Below are positions 1 through 6,577 of a stretch of 6,599 nucleotides of DNA, piece after piece. Position 1 is the stretch's first letter, and the number at the start of each line of letters is the position of its first letter. Position numbers and translations under genes: made by a program. The notes beneath the pieces are model-generated. The model searched no databases, was not told where the DNA came from, and was given only the letters and a program-made list of their open reading frames with translations. The stretch comes from a virus (Duplodnaviria; Heunggongvirae; Uroviricota; Caudoviricetes), in the IMG/VR virus record IMGVR_UViG_2675903254_000004. One strand, written 5' to 3'.

Positions 1-2118
1 TCACCACGGTGAACAATCCCCGCTGGCTCATATTTGCCGCCGGTTCCCGTAAATCCTCCGGTTGCAAAATGGAATTTCGCCGCAGCGGCCTGAATGGCTG
101 TACCGCCTGACGCGGATGCGCCGCCACCAACAGCCCCGCCAATGGCGCTGCCGATACTCCCGACAATCCCCACCATTGCCTGCTTAAGCAGAATTTCTGT
201 CATCATGGACAGCACGGAACGGGTGAAGCTGCGCCAGTTCTGCTCACTGCCGGTCAGCATCGCTGCCATATTCTGTGCAATACCATCAAAGGTCTGCGTG
301 GCTGCACTTTTTACCTGCGACATACTGTCCGTGGCGCTCTCTTCCCACTCACTCCAGCCGGACTTCAGGCCTGCCATCCAGCTCCCGCGAAGCTGGTCTT
401 CAGCCGCCCAGGTCTTTTTCTGCTCTGACATGACGTTATTCAGCGCCAGCGGATTATCGCCATACTGTTCCTTCAGGCGCTGTTCCGTGGCTTCCCGTTC
501 TGCCTGCCGGTCAGTCAGCCCCCGGCTTTTCGCATCAATGGCGGCCCGTTTTGCCCGTTGCTGCTGTGCGAATTTATCCGCCTGCTGCGCCAGCGCGTTC
601 AGGCNNNNNNNNNNNNNNNNNNNNNNNNNNNNNNNNNNNNNNNNNNGCTCCGGCATGCTTCTCCAGCGTCCGGAGTTCTGCCTGAAGCGTCAGCAGGGCA
701 GCATGAGCACTGTCTTCCTGACGATCGCCCGCAGACACCTTCACGCCGGACTGTTTCGGCTTTTTCAGCGTCGCTTCATAATCCTTTTTCGCCGCCGCCA
801 TCAGCGTGTTGTAATCCGCCTGCAGGATTTTCCCGTCTTTCAGTGCCTTGTTCAGTTCTTCCTGACGGGCGGTATATTTCTCCAGCGGCGTCTGCAGCCG
901 TTCGTAAGCCTTCTGCGCCTCTTCGGTATATTTCAGCCGTGACGCTTCGGTATCGCTCTGCTGCTGCGCATTTTTGTCCTGTTGAGTCTGCTGCTCAGCC
1001 TTCTTTCGGGCGGCTTCAAGCGCAAGACGGGCCTTTTCACGATCATCCCAGTAACGCGCCCGCGCTTCATCGTTAACAAAATAATCATCCTTGCGCAGAT
1101 TCCAGATGTCGTCTGCTTTCTTAAACGCAGCCTCTGCCTTAATCAGCATCTCCTGCGCGGTATCAGGACGACCAATATCCAGCACCGCATCCCACATGGA
1201 TTTGAAGGCCCGCGCAGTCCTGTCTGCCCAGGTCTCCAGCGTGCCCATGTTCTCTTTCAGGCGGCGGGTCTGGTCATCAAACCCTTTCGTTGCGGCCTCG
1301 TTCGCCGCCTGCAATGCCCCGGCTTCATCGCCGGAACGCTGCAACTGAGCAACATACGCAATCTGCTCCGCCGTCACGTTATGGAACTGGCGTGCCATCG
1401 CCGTCAGCCCCGACGTCGGGTCTGTGGTCAGCTTCCCGAAGGCTTCAGCGACCTTGTCCACCTCCACGCCGGATGCAGAGGAGAAACGCGCCACACTCTG
1501 GCTGATGGACGCAATCTGAGCCTCACCGCTTACCCCCGCCTTAACCAGTGCGCTGAGTGACTCGCTGGTCTGGTTAAACGTCAGCCCTGCCGCCTGCCCG
1601 GCTCTGGACAGGACCAGCATACGATCTGCCGTCAGTCCCGCCTGATTGCCGGAAAGGACCAGCGTTTTGTTGAAATCGGACAGGGTTGAGTTGCCCTGAT
1701 ACCAGGCATACGCCAGCGCACCGGTCGCCACCGCCAGCGAGGTGGCCCCCACCATCGGCAGGGTGATCGCACCGGCAAGCCCCCTGAACATGGGGATCAT
1801 CCCGCCGAAGGAGTCCTTCACCTGCCCCCCCTGTTGCAGCAGGATCAGCCACGGACTTTGCCCGCCTGCAAGCTGCGTGGCCACGTCGGTGAACTGTGCA
1901 GGCAGCATACGCATGGCGGCTTTATACTGCCCGACGGAAATCCCCGCTTTCTGTGCAGCCAGCGCCTGTCGGCTCAGCGACTGTTCAACGACTGCCGCTG
2001 TTTTTTTCGCATCACTTTCCGTACCGGAAAAATGACGCCTGACTCTGGCCATCTGCTCGTCAAATCTGGCCGCATCCAGACTTAAATCAACGACCAGATC
2101 GCCTACCGGTTCAGCCAT
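1..2118 (-). CDS. H: Tail tape measure protein (lambda gpH-like); partial, 3' end beyond window start; interrupted by N-run at 605-646
   Basis: ATG at 2118-2116 preceded by GGAGGAG (plus 2126-2132, 7-nt spacer). Translation MAEPVGDLVVDLSLDAARFDEQMARVRRHF... matches lambda gpH as I recall it. The frame stays open from 2118 down to the N-run. Below the gap a different minus frame continues the same protein (LNALAQQADKFAQQQRAKRAAIDAKSRGLTDRQ... through ...AAAAKFHFATGGFTGTGGKYEPAGIVHRGE at positions 1-90). The ORF-track end at 574 is an artefact of reading through the Ns in the wrong frame. Confidence 0.93.
605..646. other. Run of 42 N (assembly gap or masked sequence) inside the tape measure gene
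   Basis: Direct observation. H codons above the gap have their first base at positions divisible by 3 (e.g. 654, 651, 648); below the gap they fall at positions of the form 3k+2 (605, 602). The N-run length therefore cannot be the true length. Confidence 0.99.
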
Positions 2119-2949
2119 ACCGGACTCCTCCTGCGATCCCTTCTGATACTGTCATCAGCATTACGTCATCCTCCGTCATGTCCGCCACATCCGGGGAAGC
2201 GGGGATAACTTCATTCCCGTCCGGGCCAAAGCGGACGCCTCCGGCAAGCCCTGCCGCTTTCTGCATCAGCACATCATCTTCAGGCTCTTCGTCAGCCTCA
2301 CGCCGGTTCAGCAGACTGAAATCCAGCGGATGCATATCCGGATCGCTGAAAAACAGGCTGAGCACGGTGTACGTCAGCCCGGAAAAGTGCATATCCAGCA
2401 GAACATCATGAAAATAATGGGTACTGTAAAAGCGGTGCCAGTCGGCATACTCCGTGGATGACATCCCGGCAAGCATGGCACGCCAGTCGGGTCGCCCCAT
2501 CTCGCGCGCCAGTTTCAGGGCAAAACTCAGCTCACCGTCGAACACTTTCCCGCAGAAACAGGCTCTGCAGGCCCGGCGTCCTCTGCCTGTTCAGGGGCAT
2601 CATTCACCACAAACTCATACATACCGGACAGCCGGTACACCACGTTTTCAGCATGAGAAATTGCCTCTGTGGGCCAGGTGGTAAGCACTTCCTGCTCAAT
2701 CTGTTTAACGGCTTCATTCATGGAAGGCTGCTTTGTCTTCTGCGGATGGTTATGCCACAGGGACATCGCCACCACAAAAGCACCGGTTCTGATGGCGTCT
2801 TCCACTGTAAACTTCCGGTTGCTGTCTGACTCCGCCTGTTCTGCCTGCCGTTTCATCAGGGCGAGATGCTCAATACGCTGCAGGGCTGAAAGTTCAGAAA
2901 GCGTGACGGTCACGCCGTTATGTTCAAATGATTCGGTTTTCAGGAACAT
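2111..2949 (-). CDS. T: Tail assembly chaperone G-T fusion, made by programmed -1 ribosomal frameshift at GGGAAAG (2551-2545); T portion is 2111-2545
   Basis: The -1 frame ORF beginning within the slippery heptamer has no independent SD or ATG and translates (V)FDGELSFALKLAREMGRPDWRAMLAGMSSTEYADWHRFYSTHYFHDVLLDMHFSGL..., which is lambda gpT. Stop TGA at 2113-2111 overlaps the H start. Confidence 0.88.
2527..2949 (-). CDS. G: Tail assembly chaperone G (lambda gpG-like)
   Basis: ATG at 2949-2947 with GGAGAG upstream. The 140-aa product MFLKTESFEHNGVTVTLSELSALQRIEHLALMKRQAEQ...SAGKCSTVS matches lambda gpG in length and sequence. Stop TGA at 2529-2527. Confidence 0.95.
   Translation of the reverse strand: MFLKTESFEHNGVTVTLSELSALQRIEHLALMKRQAEQAESDSNRKFTVEDAIRTGAFVVAMSLWHNHPQKTKQPSMNEAVKQIEQEVLTTWPTEAISHAENVVYRLSGMYEFVVNDAPEQAEDAGPAEPVSAGKCSTVS
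2545..2551 (-). promoter_or_regulatory. Slippery heptanucleotide G GGA AAG (X XXY YYZ) for the -1 frameshift joining G to T
   Basis: The minus strand reads GCG GGA AAG TGT in the G frame (codons S-A-G-K-C near the G C-terminus). Re-pairing in the -1 frame gives GGG AAA then GTG TTC GAC GGT = V F D G, the start of the T-frame ORF. Confidence 0.85.
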
Positions 2950-2964
2950 CGCTGACTCTCCGGA

Positions 2965-3705
2965 TTAACTGTCGGTGACAGTGATTTCTGCAACCGCAGC
3001 AAGTTCACCATTACCGGATACGACCGGAATGTTGACCTTGCCTGCAGCAACACCTTTCACGGTGATGGTCATACCACTGACCGACACGGTGGCTTTTGTT
3101 TTATCCGCAGACACCGCACGGAAGCTCTTGTCGGTTGCGCCTTCCGGCTGGAATGCCACGGTCAGCGTGGTGCTCTGCCCTTTCACCACCGAGGTGCTGG
3201 CAGGCGTCACGGTCATGCCGGTTGCCGCTGTGACCGTGCTGCGATCTTCTGCCATCGACGGGCGTCCCACATTGGTGACCTTCACCGTGCGGGTGATCAC
3301 TTCCTTCGCCGTCACCGCTTTACCGATACTGCTGACCCAGCCACGGAACACATCGACCGTGCCGTTCGGGAAGCGGATTTTATAGGCACGGGTATCACCT
3401 TCATTAAACCACGCCAGCAGCGCCTGCTGCCCCTGCTCTCCGGGCATCCACGCCAGCGTGAAGCTGGTATCTCCGGCTGATTTCTGCCCCTGCCCGGTCG
3501 CAGTCCAGTCCGCATCTTCATCATCGAGATAGCTGTCGTCATAGGACTCAGCGGTCAGTTCGCCGGGCGTCAGGTCTTTAACTTTTGCCAGACGCGACCA
3601 GTCAACGTCTGAAAGCGGATTCGCATAAGGGTCACCGCTCCCCTTATAAACCCACAGGGTGGTCCCGGCACCTTTCACCGGCATTACAGGATTTGGTACA
3701 GGCAT
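2965..3705 (-). CDS. V: Major tail tube protein (lambda gpV-like) with C-terminal Ig-like domain
   Basis: ATG at 3705-3703 with GAGGA upstream. The 246-aa product [57 protein letters not shown]... matches lambda gpV. The C-terminal ~85 aa ([32 protein letters not shown]...[18 protein letters not shown]) is the Ig-like (Big_2-type) domain. The ORF-track start at 3735 is an upstream extension that would overlap U and was not used. Confidence 0.96.
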   Translation of the reverse strand: MPVPNPVMPVKGAGTTLWVYKGSGDPYANPLSDVDWSRLAKVKDLTPGELTAESYDDSYLDDEDADWTATGQGQKSAGDTSFTLAWMPGEQGQQALLAWFNEGDTRAYKIRFPNGTVDVFRGWVSSIGKAVTAKEVITRTVKVTNVGRPSMAEDRSTVTAATGMTVTPASTSVVKGQSTTLTVAFQPEGATDKSFRAVSADKTKATVSVSGMTITVKGVAAGKVNIPVVSGNGELAAVAEITVTDS

Positions 3706-3712
3706 AGCGTCC

Positions 3713-4108
3713 TCACATTTCATAGGTAATGACATAAGTCAGATCGGCTGAACTCCACAGGCCCGCATCATCGTCGCGTCGGTAGTCATAGCCACTGGCC
3801 ACCATACTGGTGATCAACTCTGACAGTGCCGGGATATCGCTCATCACCGGATAAATCCGGGACTCCATCCACGCATCCAGCTCTGAATCCGGCACCTGAG
3901 CAGGCAGGAAAACTTCGATATGCAGCTCCGCCTGCCAGGTATCGCTGTCCAGCTCTTCGCCCGTGTATTCAGCGCCGGTGAGATAAACGGCAACTGCCGG
4001 AAAATCCGCCTCATCAAAAACAGCGGGGCGACCATCAAAAAACGTCGCCCCGGTGTCATGCTTCTCCAGTGCATCCAGTACGGCTGCACGGAGTTCAGTA
4101 TGTTTCAT
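3713..4108 (-). CDS. U: Tail terminator protein (lambda gpU-like)
   Basis: The 131-aa product [71 protein letters not shown]...TYVITYEM matches lambda gpU. The start ATG overlaps the Z stop as ATGA (4105-4108). Confidence 0.96.
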   Translation of the reverse strand: MKHTELRAAVLDALEKHDTGATFFDGRPAVFDEADFPAVAVYLTGAEYTGEELDSDTWQAELHIEVFLPAQVPDSELDAWMESRIYPVMSDIPALSELITSMVASGYDYRRDDDAGLWSSADLTYVITYEM

Positions 4109-4683
4109 CGCTTTATTACCATCCTCAGTTGATGCTGCAGCGCATAGCCCAGCTCTTTCGGAAGACGTTCACGCCGTATCCGCTCAATATTTTGTTTAAA
4201 CGCCGTGGTCAGCGGCACCGCCATCGGGATTTTCACCACATCAATGGGGTAACGGTTTTTCCCGGCCACACGCTGCATAACATGCCACCGGCCATTTTTC
4301 AGTTGCTGAATAAACGCGCCGGGAATACGACGGTTACCCACCACAAGCACGCTGCCGCCACCTTTCAGGGATGAACGCTGCCCCTTTTTACGACGCCTGC
4401 GGCGCGAAAGGACAACCCGCGCATTACCCAGCTTGATTACGGGCAAATCCCCCCGGTTAACCTTGATTCTGGCCTGCGGATTTTTGACCGTGGCCCTTTT
4501 CAGCCTGGCCCTTTCCTTTACCAGTTTCCGGCGTACCTTTGTCTCACGGGCAACCTGTGACACCGACTGCGATATCGCGGATGAAGCAACGCGGTTAATG
4601 GCCATTGCGGCGGCACCGGGCACCGCCGTTCTGCTGATACGGCTGAGGTTTTCAACGGCCTGCTCAAGACCTTTTATGGCCAT
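4105..4683 (-). CDS. Z: Tail completion protein (lambda gpZ-like)
   Basis: The 192-aa product MAIKGLEQAVENLSRISRTAVPGAAAMAINRVASSAISQS...[12 protein letters not shown] matches lambda gpZ, including the RRRRRKKGQRSS basic tract. ATG at 4683-4681 with AGGGGGA upstream. Confidence 0.96.
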   Translation of the reverse strand: MAIKGLEQAVENLSRISRTAVPGAAAMAINRVASSAISQSVSQVARETKVRRKLVKERARLKRATVKNPQARIKVNRGDLPVIKLGNARVVLSRRRRRKKGQRSSLKGGGSVLVVGNRRIPGAFIQQLKNGRWHVMQRVAGKNRYPIDVVKIPMAVPLTTAFKQNIERIRRERLPKELGYALQHQLRMVIKR

Positions 4684-5048
4684 ACATCCCCCTTCCAGCG
4701 GCGACGGTTAACGGCAGGCGGTACGCCCCGCCCAAGCCAGAGATGACAGCTTCCGCCATCATCCGGCGAAATCCGGTCTATCCAGAAGTTTTCCTCACCG
4801 ATGGTCAGCGTGTCGCCGCGCCGCAGCTGCCGCACATCATCAGTCCGGACAAACAGGGACGGGCTGGAGCCTTCAACGCGCACGCCCTGTCCGGCATAGC
4901 TGATATTTTCAGGGTCATCAAAAACACCACGTATCACAGCACCGGACTGCTCACCGGATGTCATGGTGGCTGACGTTCCCATGTACCCGCGTATCGTTTC
5001 ATCGGCGCAGGCAATGGCAGCATCGAACAGGTTATCGAAATCAGCCAC
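4674..5048 (-). CDS. FII: Head-tail joining protein (lambda gpFII-like); GTG start; C-terminus 7 codons longer than the 117 aa I recall for lambda FII
   Basis: GTG at 5048-5046 preceded by GGGAGG. Product (M)ADFDNLFDAAIACADETIRGYMGTSATMTSGEQSGAVIRGVFDDPENISYAGQGVRVEGSSPSLFVRTDD...GVPPAVNRRR followed by WKGDVWP and TAA at 4676-4674. The 3' end overlaps the Z start by 10 nt. Confidence 0.9.
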   Translation of the reverse strand: MADFDNLFDAAIACADETIRGYMGTSATMTSGEQSGAVIRGVFDDPENISYAGQGVRVEGSSPSLFVRTDDVRQLRRGDTLTIGEENFWIDRISPDDGGSCHLWLGRGVPPAVNRRRWKGDVWP

Positions 5049-5059
5049 AGCGCCTCCCG

Positions 5060-5455
5060 TTATTGCATTCTGGCCAGGCCGCGCTCTGTCATTTCAGCTG
5101 CCACACCGGCAGAGACACGGAACGCCGTTCCCGGCAGCACAAATGCCACAGCCTCATCCCGCGTGGCGTGAAGTGCATCAGTATGCAGCGTCACCAGTGC
5201 CACAACCGTGACCAGATCAGCCGTATCAGTCACGGTATCCGGCTGCGCTGATACAACCTCATTTTCATGTCCGGTCAGCGCATTTTCCGGGCTGACAGAT
5301 GTGTCCTGACCGGCAGCGTCATCCGTGTCATCAAGCTCCTCTTCCAGCTCTGCCACACGGAGTGCCAGTTCTTCTTTCGTCCCCGTCAGGCTGACATCAC
5401 GGTTCAGTTGCTCACCCAGCACCTGAAGACGGGCAATCAGTTCATCTTTCGTCAT
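5060..5455 (-). CDS. FI: Head assembly / DNA packaging accessory protein (lambda gpFI-like)
   Basis: ATG at 5455-5453 preceded by GGAGGAG (plus 5459-5465). The 131-aa product MTKDELIARLQVLGEQLNRDVSLTGTKEELALRVAELEEELDDTDD...HTDALHATRDEAVAFVLPGTAFRVSAGVAAEMTERGLARMQ matches lambda gpFI. The ORF-track start at 5494 is an upstream extension into the intergenic hairpin and was not used. Confidence 0.93.
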   Translation of the reverse strand: MTKDELIARLQVLGEQLNRDVSLTGTKEELALRVAELEEELDDTDDAAGQDTSVSPENALTGHENEVVSAQPDTVTDTADLVTVVALVTLHTDALHATRDEAVAFVLPGTAFRVSAGVAAEMTERGLARMQ

Positions 5456-5467
5456 GGACTCCTCCAC

Positions 5468-5494
5468 AGAGAGAAAATGGCCCCGAAGGGCCAT
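5468..5494 (-). terminator. 7-bp stem-loop with UUCG tetraloop plus U-rich tail between E and FI, directly upstream of the FI ribosome binding site
   Basis: Minus-strand RNA reads AUGGCCC UUCG GGGCCAU UUUCUCUCU, then GUGGAGGAGUCC AUG (FI). The arms are plus 5477-5483 and 5488-5494, an exact inverted repeat. Confidence 0.4.
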
Positions 5495-5496
5495 GA

Positions 5497-6522
5497 TTAC
5501 GCCAGTTGTACGGACACGAACGCATCAGGGTCAGCCAGCAGCATCAGCGGTGCTGACTGAATCATGGTGAACTCACGCGCCGGATCGCCGGTGGTCACCC
5601 AGTTTTTCGGGTAGCGGGCAGAGGCGTTAATACCTTCGCGCTGTGCGTCCGCATCCTGAATGCAGCCATAGGTGCGCAGACCGCGTGCCTGAGTGTTCCC
5701 CAGCACCATCGTGTTGTCCGGAAGGAAGTTCTTTTTGACGTCGTTTTCCACGTACTGTCCGGAATACACGACGATCGCCGTATCGCCATACATCCCCTTA
5801 TAGGACACCGCTTCGCCCAGGTCTTTTACCGCTGTCTCCAGCTCGGAATGAGAGCCGCGACGGGTATCCAGCTTCTCCTTGACGGCTTTGAAGGAACGGA
5901 ACAGCGCCCAGCCTTTCGGATCAAACACGATGATATTCACCACACCGCTGGCGTTCAGCGCGTAGGCTTCGATATCGTCGGTCGGGTCATACGTGGACTT
6001 GTCACGCTTGCTCCACTCCGTACCGCCGGACTGCGTGATGTTGTTCGCCACACTGCGGCCCATATCCACTTCAACCGGATCGAAGGCTTCACCGGTCATG
6101 GTGTATTTGCCCTTAAGCACGGCAGAAACTGCCTGCATCTCTTCGACCTGAGCAATGGCCAGCTCTTCGTCTCGCATGTTCTGCAGGATGATGCGACGGC
6201 GGCGGTAAGCCGGGTCCGCCAGATTCTGTGGATCTTCATCCGGCAGGCGACGCAGGGTCATCTGCGGATTCACTTCATGCTTGGGTTTGACATATCCCGG
6301 CGTAAATTCAGAGGTGGAGCCGCCACGGGAGCGGATAACCTCACCGGAAACAATCGGCGAAACGTACAGCGCCATGTTTACCAGTCCCGGAATTTGTGAG
6401 AGATAGACTTTCTCCGTGGTGAAGGGATAGCTCTCACGGAAAAAGAGACGCAGAAACAGCGGATCAAACTTAAATTTCTGCTCATTTGCCGCCAGCAGCT
6501 GGGCGGTTGTGTACATCGACAT
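5497..6522 (-). CDS. E: Major capsid protein (lambda gpE-like)
   Basis: ATG at 6522-6520. The 341-aa product MSMYTTAQLLAANEQKFKFDPLFLRLFFRESYPFTTEKVYLSQIPGLVNMALYVSPIVSGEVIRSRGGSTSEFTPGYVKPKHEV...MLLADPDAFVSVQLA matches lambda gpE. TAA at 5499-5497. The ORF-track start (GTG at 6549) lies inside the upstream hairpin and was not used. Confidence 0.97.
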   Translation of the reverse strand: MSMYTTAQLLAANEQKFKFDPLFLRLFFRESYPFTTEKVYLSQIPGLVNMALYVSPIVSGEVIRSRGGSTSEFTPGYVKPKHEVNPQMTLRRLPDEDPQNLADPAYRRRRIILQNMRDEELAIAQVEEMQAVSAVLKGKYTMTGEAFDPVEVDMGRSVANNITQSGGTEWSKRDKSTYDPTDDIEAYALNASGVVNIIVFDPKGWALFRSFKAVKEKLDTRRGSHSELETAVKDLGEAVSYKGMYGDTAIVVYSGQYVENDVKKNFLPDNTMVLGNTQARGLRTYGCIQDADAQREGINASARYPKNWVTTGDPAREFTMIQSAPLMLLADPDAFVSVQLA

Positions 6523-6535
6523 AAAAAAATCCCGT

Positions 6536-6557
6536 AAAAAAAGCCGCACAGGCGGCC
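6536..6557 (-). terminator. GC-rich stem-loop followed by U7 between D and E (intrinsic-terminator-like, or an mRNA processing/stability element)
   Basis: Minus-strand RNA reads AAAGGCCGC CUGU GCGGC UUUUUUU. The arms are plus 6543-6547 and 6552-6556, and the U-tract is plus 6536-6542. The E leader that follows (ACGGGAUUUUUUU AUG) is AU-rich with no strong SD. Confidence 0.4.
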
Positions 6558-6577
6558 TTTAGTGATGAAGGGTAAGG

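Noticed and set aside
94-942. 282-aa plus-strand ORF (MAVPPDADAPPPTAPPMALP...) and the overlapping 558-1076 plus ORF
   Set aside because: Antisense to the well-supported tape measure gene H; low-complexity Pro/Ala/Ser/Arg-rich translation typical of a shadow frame; it runs through the N gap; no ribosome binding site.
982-1560. 192-aa plus-strand ORF plus nested 1091-1348 and 1290-1505 ORFs
   Set aside because: Entirely inside H on the opposite strand; Arg/Cys/Pro-rich shadow-frame composition; no start signals.
1574-2085. Minus-strand ORF 1574-1852 and plus-strand ORFs 1742-2035 and 1834-2085
   Set aside because: Alternate-frame or antisense ORFs embedded in H; Gly/Arg/Ala-rich composition consistent with out-of-frame reading of a GC-rich coding region.
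2178-2968. Plus-strand ORFs 2178-2411, 2454-2684, 2458-2829 and 2669-2968
   Set aside because: Antisense to T and G; Ser/Arg/Cys-rich; no ribosome binding sites. The G/G-T assignment explains this interval completely.
2975-3542. Plus-strand ORF 2975-3385 (136 aa) and minus-strand alternate-frame ORF 3312-3542
   Set aside because: Embedded in V; the plus ORF translation is a Thr/Val/Ala-rich mirror of the V Ig-like domain coding sequence, typical of antisense shadows.
3706-3735. Upstream extension of V ([16 protein letters not shown]...) starting at 3735
   Set aside because: It would overlap the last 8 codons of U and has no SD. The ATG at 3705 has a GAGGA SD and gives the 246-aa lambda-length product.
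3844-4374. ORFs 3844-4089 (-), 3920-4132 (+) and 4069-4374 (+)
   Set aside because: Overlap U and Z in alternate or antisense frames, with no independent start signals.
4433-5251. Plus-strand ORFs 4433-4711, 4743-4973, 4958-5251 and 4963-5211
   Set aside because: Antisense to Z, FII and FI; several begin at non-ATG codons in the track; no conservation signal; Arg/His/Gln-rich shadow composition.
5456-5494. Upstream extension of FI starting at 5494 (MALRGHFLSVEES-MTKDEL...)
   Set aside because: The track's first codon there is not ATG and lies within the E-FI hairpin. The ATG at 5455 with its GGAGGAG SD reproduces the conserved FI N-terminus.
5267-6399. ORFs 5267-5560 (+), 5595-5789 (-) and 5848-6399 (+)
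   Set aside because: Antisense or alternate frame within FI and the major capsid gene E.
6523-6549. Upstream extension of E to the GTG at 6549 (MRLFLRDFF-MSMYTT...)
   Set aside because: The extension would be translated through the D-E hairpin and U-tract. The conserved N-terminus begins at the ATG at 6522, giving exactly the lambda gpE length of 341 aa.
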